Of a stretch of DNA of 64,000 bases, positions 1 to 12,437 are shown in pieces. The translations under genes and the position numbers were made by a program. This DNA comes from Folioceros fuciformis (taxonomy: Eukaryota): NCBI GenBank assembly GCA_049999805.1, contig JBNGIO010006284.1:153434-217433 (forward strand). The letters are read 5' to 3'. Numbering within the stretch: position 1 is the first letter of the stretch; each line of letters opens with the position of its first letter. The notes beneath the pieces were generated by a model. It was not told the DNA's origin. It was given only the letters and a program-made list of their open reading frames with translations, and ran no database searches.

Positions 1-128
1 TTTTTGTTCTCTAAACCCTAAACCTCCCTATTTTTGTTCTCTAAACCTTAAACCTCCCTATTTTTTTCTCTAAACCCTAAACCTCCCTATTTTTATTCGT
101 TAAACCCTAAACCTCCCTCCCTATTTTT
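1..128 (+). repeat. ~30-bp tandem repeat (about 4 copies) containing the plant telomere motif CCCTAAA
   Basis: Unit approx. tttttgttctctaaaccctaaacctcccta repeated with small variations from the window start. Confidence 0.85.
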
Positions 129-154
129 GTCCGCAATGCTCTACATCCATTCTT

Positions 155-460
155 CTGCTGCCATGCTTGTCCTCCTCCCTAAATCCATTCTTGTGGTGCT
201 GCTAAATCCATTCTTGTGCTGCCATGCTTGTCCTCCTCCTCCTGTCTAGGTGCACCGCTGCCATGCTTGTCCTCCTCCTCCTGTCTAGGTGCACCGCCCG
301 GGGACCCTTCTGCTGCCATGCTTGTCCTCCTCCTCCTCCTGTCTAGGTGCACCGCCGGGGGACCCTGATGTCTAGGTGCACTGCCCGGGGGACCCTGATG
401 TCTAGGTGCACTGCCCGGGGGACCCTGATGTCTAGGTGCACCGCCCTGGGACCCTGATGC
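155..460 (+). repeat. Compound minisatellite: ~40-bp and 30-bp units
   Basis: gctgccatgcttgtcctcctcctcctgtctaggtgcaccgc-type units followed by 3-4 copies of gggggaccctgatgtctaggtgcactgccc. Confidence 0.85.
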
Positions 461-469
461 CTTCGTCAT

Positions 470-1088
470 CTCCCCTACTACGCCTAAGCTCCAGGCCCCA
501 GAATTGCTGCAATACACGCCGACCACGTCCGCCGGGTAGCGACACTGCGCAGTGGCAACTACCTTGAGCCTGGCCTGCTTGGCCGCCTGCAGCACCTTCC
601 CGGGGCCCTTCCAGTCTTCCCTCTGCACGAGGCCCCCCAAGGGGAGGTCCAGCCCTGATCTGTCGTCGGAATTTACGAGGTAGACGACCAGGCTGCGATC
701 CCTCCCTTCCGCACAGCACACCGCCCCGCTATTGAAGCTCACATACTGGAGGAGGAAGCTCACCTCGTGCTCGACTCCGTCAAGGCGGGGCCGGAAAGGG
801 TGCAGTTGAACGTAGCGGATTCCGTACCGGGATGGGGAGAATCTCTGCACCGTCCGCAAATGGCTGATGTCTCGATCATGTCTGGCTCATGTCGCGCAAT
901 GACGAGTCCCACATATCCTGCTTCATGAAGGATACGAGAGTCACCCGCGGGCGCGGCCGGGGCGGACCCAGCAGCTCCTTCCACCTTTTGCTCACGGTCC
1001 GGAACCTTGGCCTGCTCCACGCTGGCAGAGATTTCACAACCGTCTCCAGGATATCTTCAGGCAGCTGGCTCCAGAGCTCTGCGTCCAT
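470..1088 (-). pseudogene. F-box protein gene, apparently disrupted (stop at 876; plausible continuation in another frame 859->)
   Basis: MDAELWSQLPEDILETVVKSLPAWSRPRFRTVSKRWKELL is a typical plant N-terminal F-box motif; the frame stops ~30 codons later and a GC-rich open frame continues into the minisatellite. Confidence 0.6.
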
Positions 1089-2084
1089 GTCGGGGACCTG
1101 GAGGTGTTGAGATGCAAACCGCTGCTCGTCCACCAGATGCAGCAGCAAATGCGTCATGGCGGATTCTGGAGCGCTGTGATCCGCCATCGCCGCCTCCATC
1201 TCGAGCTCCGAATGAGGGGATGAAGAATCCATCATGCTCCTCCTCACCGTCGTCCCTGAGTGGATTCCCAATGCCGAGATGTTGAATCTCATTTTCCTGC
1301 AGTGTGCCTCAAGATACCCGGTCGCTAGGCTAGGATACAGGGAATATGCCAACGTACAGGGCAAAATTGTTGCCTTTCTTGATGGTAAAAAATATCCCCT
1401 CAAACGACTGTGATTCTCTTCCCGCATGAGAATCCTTGAAGACCAAGGCAGAGGTAGTTTCCTCCTGTATGCACCAATGATATGACGGTGACCAAGTTCT
1501 TCAGCCCTCGCCGCCTTCCGCGCTTGAACCCTGTTGAATATCTCAGACACACAAGCTACGATCATCAAAAATCGTCCCCAGTTCTGTTAGGATCGGTGTC
1601 GTTTCCAATTCGTTTCCAGAGAGCAACGACTTAACATCACATGAATGATGAGACAGATCCAGACTCTTTCCACAGATATCAGCGCGCACTCCTCAATTGC
1701 TAGCACGGATAGGATGAACACGTCTCCGAATGCCTCATGGCCGCCCTGACAATCATCTGCATCTACTTGAAGGGAGTCAGATCAGCGTCACCATCTAGAA
1801 CTTCAAGCGTGGATCACAGGCTTGAGGAGGCAAGCTGAGTAACGGTGATTGAACCCTAAACCCTAGAATGAAATCAGAGCTCGCATATGGCCTGAGAATC
1901 CGCTCCGTTGGGCTTGCTTTCCCGGACACTATCAGGACAAACGCTGGCGGAGCAATGAAATTGCTCCGAGGCCTAATAAGGGCACGAAGACCCTGCCTCC
2001 TCGAAAACAGAGTATCTAGTAAATGTTTAAAATAAACTTTTTCAATAATGAAATTTTTGCCACAAATAGATAAGCGACTGTTTA

Positions 2085-2156
2085 GTGGCTGTAGTTCAGT
2101 GGTTAGAATTCCACGTTATGGCCGTGGAGATTTGGTCTCGAATCTTAACAGCTACA
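2085..2156 (+). pseudogene. tRNA-His pseudogene (anticodon reads ATG instead of GTG)
   Basis: gtggctgtagttcagtggttagaattccacgttatggccgtggaga... closely resembles plant tRNA-His(GTG) but the T-stem and acceptor stem carry mismatches. Confidence 0.75.
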
Positions 2157-2449
2157 CTGTTGAGGCTTAAATCCAGCATTCTACTTTTTCCCCTCCTACG
2201 CCAAAGTTGTAAGACAAGGCCAGAGGTCTTTTTCCTCCACCAAAGTTCTAAGACAAGGTCGGAGCTAAGCTAAGAGGTCTTGCTGTGAGCGTGATTTCAG
2301 CCAGACGCAGTTGCCGGATAGAGTCGTTTTTGGATTCAGGAGCAAAGACACTGCATATGTTTGGAGAGTGTGACCTTTATTGTCATGTTGTGCCTTCTCA
2401 TTGTCTATTGTCCGCTTCCGAGGAACCCACAGTTTGGAGTGTGTCACAT

Positions 2450-4450
2450 TTGTGATCTCCCCTCTTGATCTCTGTCTTCATGTTGTTGCTTGTTTTTTTT
2501 GTTCACATGACGAATGCTTGCTGATTGTCCTTCCGAATCATATGAAGTGGCTTATGTATGAAAGTGAGAGTGGGTTGAGACTACCTGATATTCGTCCTCC
2601 GTTCCTTTTTATCACTTTGATCATGGATAGGCTGGACGGTCCAGTGACCCCTATTCTGAACTATTGAACTTACCAACTTCCGTGATCACAGTTCTTTTCG
2701 TAGCCGACAAACCAGAGTTTGTCCCAGCAATCCTGCAACTCGGCTGCAACTGGAAAATACCTTTTGTGGAAGAGGCTATGGTTCCTTGTTCGTATACTGT
2801 GAGCCATTGATTCAGTCCATGGGCCGCGAGCTGAATGCAGGAGCTCAGCACAACAGAGTGCTCTTGACGCATCTTTCAAAGATCTGTTGGTGATCACAGG
2901 TATGCCCTAAGATCACTAGGCGTCGCAGTCTGGTCTGTATGAATCCTCTTGTCTCCACTAGCAGGCTGAGGGTCTGTGCTCTCAGGATGTCGTTCCATCA
3001 TGGCAGGAAGATTCCTTCCTCAAGTCAAATATGTACGTACGACAAGTTCGGTGATCTTGTAGCCATAAAGAAGACGGTTGATGAACTTCAGTACAGCTTT
3101 ACAAGCAACCAGAAGGTGCAGACACCGGGCACACTTCCACACTGCCATGATTGTGAGGCTTCACGCTCAGTTCAGTGGGACACCGTGACGCATGTGTTCT
3201 GGATGGAGATTACACGGTTCGCGTGGTGGCAACGTAGTCTATACCGAGTGTCGAAAAGTGCAGGGTAAGACGACGTTTTCGAAGACGTGAGACTACGACG
3301 AAAGACGAATCAACTTGCGGGGTGATTCTTCCGTTCATAGACGGAGGACGGACTTTCACGTAAGCCTGGAATACACTACGAACAACCCCGCCAAGTCTGA
3401 GAGGTAAGCCTAAGGAGCATCTCGGAGGGACCACACAAGCTAACGTGGTTGGTGATGAGGCTGCATGGAGTGCGATTGGTGGATCTGCCGTGCCCCCAGC
3501 GCGCATTGGGCGGGCCTGTGTGTCCCACCACCCACTCTCCTTTTACGACCAGACCTCTACCCTGCAAGTGGACAAGCCAAGTCCCTTTGTCCCATACTTG
3601 GCCTTTCCTTGTAGGCGATGTACTGAGGCCATCCTTGCAGCTCGTTAGAGACCCGTTAGTAAAACGGAGCTGATGGATCCTTTTTCTGTTTGTCTTACCT
3701 ATCCTCTGATATGGGAGTCTGGATTAATGTCTGCTTTTGGTTGTTGACTTCTGCTCAGACTGTTATCTCCTGGTCCAAAGTCAGCAAAGTCCTAACAGGT
3801 GAGCAATCAGTGATTACGGAATGTGATCTTCGTGTCTCATTTACTTGGCTGCACTTTCATGTATGCTTTGTGCAGTACGGTACTACCATCAGGCAAGGCA
3901 TTCGGAAGAATCTGGTTGGTGACTTTTGGTCCTAGCATTTTCCCCCAGCTTGTAGCTATGTTGGTATGTGTCCGTACAAACTCTTCTAAGCTAGCAAAAA
4001 TTGTAGCACATCAATGTCATCTATTATGCTGAATGTTTCATCTAGACCAGAAAAACAAAGTTTGGGTGTATGTCTTCATGTCCTTCTAAGACATCTTGAG
4101 AACAATTTTCCACAAATTGGATGTTGCAAGGTATGCTTCTTCCTCTTCTTCCTTTGAACTGGTTTCTCTGTCGTGTTTTATTTAGAGCTTCCTATTCTTG
4201 CTGCATAGTTTGTAGGTTTTGTGCCACGATTTTCTTCTCCTTTCAAGTGTAGTTTGTAGGCACAATGTATTGAAGTTGAGATGAGGAGTTGAAGTACTCT
4301 ATTCTAGGGCTTTGCTGTTGTTGCTGCTCCATTTCAATGCTCCTTTGTTGCATTTGGTAGATGTCTTTTCTCCATCCTCTTCATTCTTGTAAAGTACAGC
4401 CTTCCCAAGAATATTTCATGAGGAAAATAATACGACAGAGATGGAGGGTG
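2450..4450 (+). mobile_element. Possible degenerate transposon-derived sequence
   Basis: Coding-like composition broken by many stops, no splice-consistent gene model, no diagnostic motif found. Confidence 0.25.
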
Positions 4451-4963
4451 AGAGGCTATGTAGTTAGAGTGTGAGTTTAGAGGGGTGATAGCCATAGCAC
4501 ATGACCAGGCGAGCTAAGCCGGCCGAGATGTGAGGGTTCACGAAACCAGACATACAGACAAGGACACGGGAGATGGACACTTGAGACGATCGTGGCCACC
4601 AGTTTTGCACGAGGCTGTACGAAACTGTTGCTGAAATGCAGTGGATGAGAGAAGTATGTATGGACAAGAGGAAACGAGGCTGACCCAGGTCCAGATAGCC
4701 GTTTCCTTCGTCGGTCTCCGTGTCCAAGTGGCAAGAAATTCAGGCCAGAGGTTTATCTGGCCGTGAAACGTATGAATGTGTGCAAACGCTATGGAAGGCT
4801 AGAAATGGAGATGGAAGAAGATAGCTTTGAGGCAGCTTTTGGGCCTCAAGCTTTCTCCGACTTCATCGCACTCTAAGGAGGTTAACGGGCGTGCACGCCA
4901 TTTACTCCGCGGTGTGAAGGAGTAGAAGGGTGTGTGGGAGAGTGTAGGAGACGGAGGCGAGAC

Positions 4964-6586
4964 ATGGCCGCAGCAGGAGGTAAGCAGAGCAGTCGGGACG
5001 TCGTGCTGGTGCTGTTGCTGGCCCTGTTGCTGTTGCAGCTAGCCTGCGCGCACCTGTTGCTGATCCCGCATTGTGGCTGCAGGGCTTGCGCTTCCTTGCA
5101 GGTCCGCCCTGGATTTGGGCGGGTCGGGGTCGGGGTTGGCCGCCAAGCAGGTCAAGGCTGGATCCGTGGCCTTCCTCGGGGAGGCGGACGGCCTATGGCG
5201 GGCTAAGCTCGCTGCTTGCTTTGTGAGGACCAATCGTACGGCGCGCTGGAGAGTTCTCGTGTCCCGGATGCTATTGAATCCAGTGGAGGCGGACAAGCAG
5301 AAGGAGGAGGCGAGGCTGTACAGGAGGACGGTCTATGACCACGAGCAGTGGCGGCGGCACCGCAGCAGCACGCGCCATGCCCGCCACATTTTTTCCATCG
5401 CTTCCTCCAGGGTGATACTCTCGTTGGGTCCCGCGGTATACAGCCTCACGCTATTTTCTGCAGTCGTTGCTGTCTACAACGAGTTTGTGTCGTACAAGCT
5501 CATTCCGTTGCCGGAATGGCTGCCTGTCCTGCACATCTCCCCGCTGCCCATCCAGTTGTCGGCCCCGGCCTTGGCCTTGTTGCTGGTCTTCCGGACCAAC
5601 TCTGCTTACGGCCGGTTTGACGAGGCCCGGAAGATTTGGGGGTCCAATGTGAACAGGACGAGGGATATCGCTAGGCAGGCCTTGTCCTGGATCGATGCTC
5701 CTGAAGACGCTGGCAAGCTGAAAGAGTTTCTACGCTACTTGGTGAGTAGGGATGGAATGGCAGTCGTGATTGTGGCTTGGAAGTTTGTGGGTGAATCTGA
5801 TGCCGTGGCCCTGTCGTTTGCCACAGATAGCGTACCCGTATTGCCTGAAGGACCACCTTGTCCAGGAGGATGATCTGCGGAAGGAGCTCGCCCCTATTCT
5901 TCAGAAGAATGAGCTCGACAAGCTGCTGGCCAACTTTCACAGACCTAACCATGCTGTGCAGATGATGTCGGACACTCTTGCCAAATGCCACTTGTCGGAT
6001 ATCAACAGGTCTTCCATGGTGAGTTCGGCTCCAAGTGGATTCCTGGTGTGGTGAAGCCTTTCCGCTGCTGCCCACCTTCTCATTCCTCGCTTTGCATGAG
6101 CCGGCTGCAGGATCACAACTTGACCCAGTTCCACGACAACACGGGGGCCTGTGAACGTATCTTCAAGACTCCTATTCCTGTGTCCTACACACGGCTTACA
6201 TCCCGTTTCCTGGTCCTCTGGCACATCGTGATGCCTTTCTGCCTCTGGGATTCTTGCCAGCTGCTTCTGATCCCTGCAACTTTCGCTAGCGCAGCGGCCT
6301 TGCTGTGCATTGACGAGGTGAGCATCTTCCACTGCTCCGGCGACCAATCCGAATTGCAATTGCGTTCCCACCTGTTCTAAGCGTTCTTAACGCATCCACA
6401 CCCAATTGTTCGCAGGTTGGTGTGCTGATAGAAGAGCCCTTCTCAATTCTCGCCCTGCCAGCTCTGTGCCAGGGCATGCAGAAGGGTGTTGAGGGCCTTG
6501 TCATGTCACACGCGGACTGGCCTTCTCTCAGATCCGCCGGTGAAAGAGTTCAATCTGGAGTGCAGACTGTCAATGGCGTGAAGTAG
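4964..6586 (+). CDS. Bestrophin-like (UPF0187 / VCCN-type) chloroplast anion channel; exons ~4964-4979, 5083-5741, 5827-6018, 6111-6317, 6416-6586
   Basis: Motifs WRRHRSSTRH, LALLLVFRTNSAYGRFDEARKIWG, GACERIFKTPIPVSYTRLTSRFL, IDEVGVLIEEPF; phase-consistent GT-AG introns. Confidence 0.9.
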
Positions 6587-7319
6587 ATCTCTGTCGTGTG
6601 CAAATTAGGTGAAGCAACTGTGCATCCCATCGAATCGGGTTGGGAACTTGAAGGATTGCTCAGCAGGATGAAATAGAGCGAGAGCCATGTATCGATCAGT
6701 GTGGTGAAACAGTGTAATGTCGTGAGCCAACACAAACGAAAGTACAGGTGAGATATGTCATGGCTTCTCCACATAATACTCACTTGACACCATCTTCACA
6801 TGCTATAGAGCTGCCACCAGATGGACTGCCAACTCATGGTTATAGCAGGTCCTTCTAAGGGAATTCCTGTTCTGTGTATCAAGTTGTCCCCATATCTGCC
6901 TGCGGGATGCAGGAACAATGTCCTTCCACGCAAGGTTATAAAGTGTTTGTGGATATAATAAAAGCACCCAAACTCTTGCCCCCGAGATAAGGGAGTAACA
7001 CCAGACGACAGACCGACCACAATAGAAAATGCTCCTAGTTAGCACCACAGCCCTTCGTTTACTACTACACGACGCCAATGAATGGCCAGCTGTCTCCTTC
7101 CAGTTACTCGGGAAAGGCTGTAGCAAGACTCTGCAAGTCCTTTACCCATCAATCTATTGTTCACCGACTGCGCAGAGATGCCCAAGCTTATTCCTGCACA
7201 ATTCCACCACAGTCCATCAGTTTACCATGCTCTCAACATCAAATCCCCGAACACTGAAAATGGACATATCGGTACACTGTCTCTCAGCAGAGGAAACACT
7301 CATCACACGAATCTCCGCG

Positions 7320-8000
7320 TCAGGTGTTCCAAACAGACGCTCTCAAGGAACGAAGCGAATTGCAGCATCGGCAACCAACAGGCAACACAGGATCAGCAAA
7401 GAAGGGTTTGCACTCAACCACGAAAGACTGATGAGGAGGAGGAATCAAGCGTCCTCCAGCATAGCTGTTGTATCCGGCGGCCTCCCTATACTTGAGCTCC
7501 CTGTGCTCTTGGCAAATGGCACAGTACCAGCAGAAGTAGTGCACCAGGAAGTCAGGCAACGGCCGGCTGGGAAGGTTGTACTTCCTCCTCAGCTTCTGCC
7601 GGTATGCAGTCGAATAAAGGCAGCCACAGGTGGTGAACTGCTGTAGCACATACCACACCAGAGCTGCCGTAGTGCAGGACGTCTCGCCATCATCCAATCG
7701 CTCTGCCACTCTCCCAAAGGCAATACAAGGGCAGATGAGCGTAAACAAGCAATTGCAAGGATCCATCATGCAGCCACACAGATCCGTCATCCATTCCCTG
7801 CGCTGGAGGTACTCCGGAGGCCGCGTGTAGGTCACAGGATGGCCAGAGGCCGGGGCTCCATAGGCCTGATAAGAAGGATGAGGCGCCGGCGCGTGCTGCC
7901 CCTGCTGCTGCGCTAGCCATGGTGAATGGTGCTGTGCCACAGGCGTCCCGTATGCTGTAGCCTGGTAGTGAGGATATCCTGGAGCAGGCTCGTCCGCCAT
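7320..8000 (-). CDS. PLAC8-family Cys-rich protein (PCR/CNR/FW2.2-like)
   Basis: WMTDLCGCMMDPCNCLFTLICPCIAFGRVAE...YRQKLRRKYNL...DFLVHYFCWYCAICQEHRELK; first in-frame ATG at 8000; 3' end uncertain. Confidence 0.9.
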   Translation of the reverse strand: MADEPAPGYPHYQATAYGTPVAQHHSPWLAQQQGQHAPAPHPSYQAYGAPASGHPVTYTRPPEYLQRREWMTDLCGCMMDPCNCLFTLICPCIAFGRVAERLDDGETSCTTAALVWYVLQQFTTCGCLYSTAYRQKLRRKYNLPSRPLPDFLVHYFCWYCAICQEHRELKYREAAGYNSYAGGRLIPPPHQSFVVECKPFFADPVLPVGCRCCNSLRSLRASVWNT

Positions 8001-9114
8001 AGCGTCACCAAGCCGGCCGACGTCGTCCCTGCTGCCTTGCAACGTACTGGCACGAACCACAGCCAAAACCTCCTCCAATCCACCACTTCAGCTGAACTCC
8101 AGATGCAAAGATAGCGCAGCCAGCAAGTTTGCTCGTTTACCGTGGAAAGTGATCGAACTGGTAAAGCAACGATAACCCGGTAACAGTAGGGCTGGCTGGA
8201 GAGCGCTGACATGTTGATAGGATGCTGTAGCAGTCTGGAAAGGGCGATCGAGCTCACATGTCCAAGATGCCACTCATAGAGCTCTGCAAGGGGTCCTGAT
8301 GTTCTGCAGATGGTTGCGCGTTTGGCATCATCGATTGCAGGCATGTTTTTCATGTTTGGAGGAGCCACAGGCTGTGCTTAAGGCGCTGAAGACGTCGCTG
8401 CTGCCTTGCCCCAGACGCGGGGCCACCATGGTTGAGTACGAGCCAGTTTCTCGGTTCTTTGCTGCTGCTGCTCCGGCTAGAGGGCAACAATCCTGCCATC
8501 TACTGCCCTGATTGCCAACTGCTGCTGCCGATGCATGAGACCAATACAGGCCATCGGAGAGCAGAATGGCAAGCGGTTGGGGCAAATCTGATTCCACGAT
8601 GGGCACTCCCTCCAGGAGTGTTGAACAGAATGAGTACCGGTTATGCCCGGCACCACTCAGCGGAATACAAGTACTGTTCCAGATGCGGAGCTGTGCATTA
8701 GGAATCTGTCCTCCGTCAGGCTGTTGTTCGTTTGTTTTGCCATCCTATCCTGAGTCATAAGAATCCGGCCTTGGATTCCTGACTGCCTTGTTATCATGGT
8801 GGATTGGCAGGATTGATTAGCGGAGAGGATGGCAGCCTTCTGGCTTGCTCTTGCTCTTGCTCTCCTGGTATATGCTTATGGTTGTAGCCATCCATCCCTG
8901 CATATGCAAATGCACCTTGGGAGAACAAATCCGTCGGCATATACCTTGCCAACATGCCCCTCAAGTTCAAGCCAAGAGTACATCAGCATCAAGTCCATGA
9001 GTATTTTCTGTTCCTCTTTCATCTTCATTGGATATACATGGAATTTCGTATTGAAAATAAAAAAATTCATCTACCTATGACAGCCTAAAATAGTCTTAAC
9101 ATCGTTGCCTGTGA

Positions 9115-9143
9115 CGACCTAAGTTCGATTCTAGGCGGGTGCA
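9115..9143 (+). pseudogene. tRNA 3' half relic (T-arm/B-box, Gly-like end)
   Basis: gacctaagttcgattctaggcgggtgca resembles GACCCGGGTTCGATTCCCGGCTGGTGCA; no intact D- or anticodon arm. Confidence 0.35.
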
Positions 9144-9512
9144 CCGGGTTAATATGCTAAGTAATGTGTTTATTTTATTATTTATGATTTGGTTTTATGC
9201 AGTTGATCAGAACGTTTCCGCGAGTTTACGAGGCGAAACGCTAGACATGCCTTCTCAGCATGCCCAGAAAGTGAAGTGGCCTACTTCTTGACAGGCATTC
9301 GTGCTCTCTACCTTAATAATCTAACTGACATTTTCAATATCCAGTATCCAAGGATCAATTTTTGTAGAACCTCTCACCTCTTATGCTTTGCTAACAAGAC
9401 AGATCGGGATTTCAATTCAAGTTGTCTTTATTCAGAAGCTTTTAACTCCGGCAGTCGAAGCGCCTATTAGCCTGGGCCCTGTTCACACCGCGTACAAATG
9501 CCGCAGGAGATG

Positions 9513-10991
9513 TCATTCCAGAATCACAGTTGATGAAGCTGGTGTTCTCTTGGCCCACAAGATGGCTATCACAAAGCTTACAATGGAAGCAACTAATATG
9601 ATCAGAAGAGCAGAGAGTTTTGTTGTGAGGCCACTGTGAGGGCTGGCAAAGAACGCCGCCGATGTTGCAGCACTCTGCCAGATCTTCCATTGGGCAAACG
9701 CAGCCTCGGTGTCGTAGGGATAGAGGGTGCCCAAAAGTGCACTGATTTGCGTGTTGAAAGCAGCATCCCCTATACCCCACAGGCTAGCAATGCCAAATAG
9801 AGCCAAGTAGTCCTGCAGCGTCTCTGTGTAGCTCTGTTTGGAGAACAGCCTGAGTATGACTATCAGTTGCAGGAATGCACCACCGCAAGCTATGACTGCG
9901 ATGGACGTCAGACCCGTGGGGTATCGACCCACCAGCACAGAAGCTAAGGCGTCTGCTGCACCATGCACTGCCATCACCCCTCCCACCCAGGATATGCCTA
10001 GAGCTGGAGTGACTATATCCTTGGTGAAGTCCCCCCATATGAAAGCCTGTTGCAGACCCGTGTAGACCAGGAGGAGGATGAATAGCAGCATTCTCCTCTC
10101 ATAGAGGATGGAGAATGTGGACCTCACAAAATCGCTGTCAGGACCTCCTGGCCTTGGTGAATCAATCAGAGGCCTGTGCTTGGCCAAGTCGGTGTGAGAG
10201 CGGAGAAAGCATGCCAAAATTGTGCCTACTAGCAAAAACCCCAAGAAGACGGAGAAAAGAAGCACAGTCCCAGGCGTGGCTTCATTTGGCCTGATGTCAG
10301 AACCTTTCTTGTAAGACAGCATGGCAAGAGTGACCAGATTCCCTAGCACTTGATTGGCAGCAAACACTCCCCAGAACTCGCCGTTGAAGCTCCCAATTGC
10401 AGCCGCCTCAGATATGTTGCACAGTGCAGCATGGTTCTTGGCTGCGCAGGTGAGGTACGTCCCCTCCGCAACCCATAGCAGCGAAGCTGTGAAACCCAGA
10501 AGCATCGAGGCAGGAATCAAGGTGTACCAGGTTGGATACAGATTAGCTCCTATGAAAGCCCAGTATCCTGACAACCCGAAGACAATGGCCTGCTTGGAGC
10601 CCAGCCAGATGACGAGAAGGGGAGCCACGAGAGACGATAGGGTGAGCGACAGATACAGCACCCCCAAAGAGATGGATCCCAGACCATGATCCACATGAAG
10701 ACTGCTCTCCAAATTCTGCGTGGCACCATAAGCCAGAAAGACGAGGAGGAAGCAGAGACTGAGCATGTGCAGGTCTCTCAGAAACGGGCTGCTGCTAGTC
10801 TTCTCCTGAGAATCGGATCGGACAAGAGCAGGCCCTCTCTCCTCCCCGCTGATGCTCTGCTGCCTCCACGGAGCTGGAGCAGATTTCCGAAGTAGAGCTT
10901 CCTCTCCATCATCAGAACTGTCCAATGCTGGGGATGGTGGTGCCACCTCTTCAGGGCCCGACACAAGACTCGATGATCTTGAGATTGCCAT
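9513..10991 (-). CDS. UNC-93-like MFS membrane protein, single uninterrupted ORF
   Basis: RDLHMLSLCFLLVFLAYGATQNLESSL, ASLLWVAEGTYLT, YTGLQQAFIWGDFTK, EAAFAQWKIWQS; many hydrophobic helices; first ATG 10991 (frame open further upstream). Confidence 0.9.
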   Translation of the reverse strand: MAISRSSSLVSGPEEVAPPSPALDSSDDGEEALLRKSAPAPWRQQSISGEERGPALVRSDSQEKTSSSPFLRDLHMLSLCFLLVFLAYGATQNLESSLHVDHGLGSISLGVLYLSLTLSSLVAPLLVIWLGSKQAIVFGLSGYWAFIGANLYPTWYTLIPASMLLGFTASLLWVAEGTYLTCAAKNHAALCNISEAAAIGSFNGEFWGVFAANQVLGNLVTLAMLSYKKGSDIRPNEATPGTVLLFSVFLGFLLVGTILACFLRSHTDLAKHRPLIDSPRPGGPDSDFVRSTFSILYERRMLLFILLLVYTGLQQAFIWGDFTKDIVTPALGISWVGGVMAVHGAADALASVLVGRYPTGLTSIAVIACGGAFLQLIVILRLFSKQSYTETLQDYLALFGIASLWGIGDAAFNTQISALLGTLYPYDTEAAFAQWKIWQSAATSAAFFASPHSGLTTKLSALLIILVASIVSFVIAILWAKRTPASSTVILE

Positions 10992-12437
10992 CTCCACTAC
11001 GCACACCTTCACCGTCTTCCTACAAGATGATCCACCTGAACCTGAACCTACACCTACACCTACACCACATGAAGCCTTCACGTCCACACTACCATATCCA
11101 ACGCCTCTCCCCTACTCAGCTACAACCCACCATCACATCACACTGCAACCTCCTTCTGCCAAATCCGCTATTAGTCATCCTCATATAGAGCATTACAGAA
11201 CAGAAGTACTACTCCTCCAATGCCCCATACCACCGTCACCTTTCCAGATACCCATCGCCAAGAATCTCATCGCCAGTTCCTTCAGCTCCACAGTCACAGA
11301 AATGCATGGCTGCCACTCCGGTTCGCCCCATTGCTCTCAAACTCTGATTGCACACGACCTCGACCAGAGCCGATCACGACAGCCCCCGGGCCCCTGCTCG
11401 CCCCAGGTCTGTCCCCGCGGGACTGCCATGACCCAACCCAAAATCGGGTCTCCCACTGCCATGCTACCTGGATGCTGTCCGCCCAGGAACCCACAACAGC
11501 CAGCCCATCACGGCACCCGTTACAGGCAGACCGCACGGTCACAGGATCGAGGTGCTGCAGCGCCAGCTGCGAGCGGCCCAGTCTCTAGCTGCTCTCCTGG
11601 GCATCGCCCACAAGAAGCGACCAGGACGCAGAGCGCAGCACTCTGGCATTTATACTGGCTCATGGCCCGATTCAGCTTCCATCGCAGAGGGAGAGAGAGG
11701 CTGGGCTGCGGCGGCGGCGGCGGCGGCTGCGGCTCGGCTTCGGTTTCTCTGCTTCGGTTGCTGACTGCCCAGTGGCTGCCCCCCTCAGTTCCCTGCGCAG
11801 TAAAATCTTCCTCTCCTGGCCATCTTCTTCTTCCAGTATGTATGCATGTACGCAGCTCCCGCTGCTCCCTTCGGCTTTTCTACGTTCCAGCGTCTCGCAA
11901 TTCCAACAGTAGATTCCAAACTGTACAACAACGCCGGACAAACAACGTGTGCTCTGGCCAGGTGTCTGCTGTGCCCACCGTGCTCTCGAGCCCTGTCCAC
12001 ACCGCGGGGTTGTGGCCCGTGTCCACGCCAGGGCATGTCCGGACTCCACAACTGCCACTGCGTAGACGCTGGTGGGGCTCGTTCGATGCTCCAGATTTTT
12101 CCCCTGCATGTCCTGCCGACATGACCATGGGGCGAGAGTGACGTGAGATACGTAGCATCGGAATCTGCTCATGCTCCCAGTGGGGTCCTTGGTCAAGCTG
12201 GAATTCTTCATCCGATTTGACTCCAATCAGTGCAACCCAACTGCCCGGGGTGATTGGAATCAAGCTTGATCAGGCGTCATTCAATTTGGGGGTTACGGCT
12301 CCGGCACTGTCACTTGCAGACCAGCGTTTTGCCGCCATGGCCGTGACACCGGTCCAGGCTCGTGAGACTGGGGAATAATTGCACTGGACAGACAGGATTG
12401 CCGTATCTCGAATCGTTTGGACTCGCATTTGGAGGGA

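Noticed and set aside
8130-8760. Cys-containing short ORFs between PLAC8 and UNC-93
   Set aside because: No consistent gene model or family motif recognised
10852-12141. 429-aa + strand ORF
   Set aside because: Low-complexity, GC-rich, non-ATG start, overlaps UNC-93 antisense and the divergent promoter region; no recognisable domain
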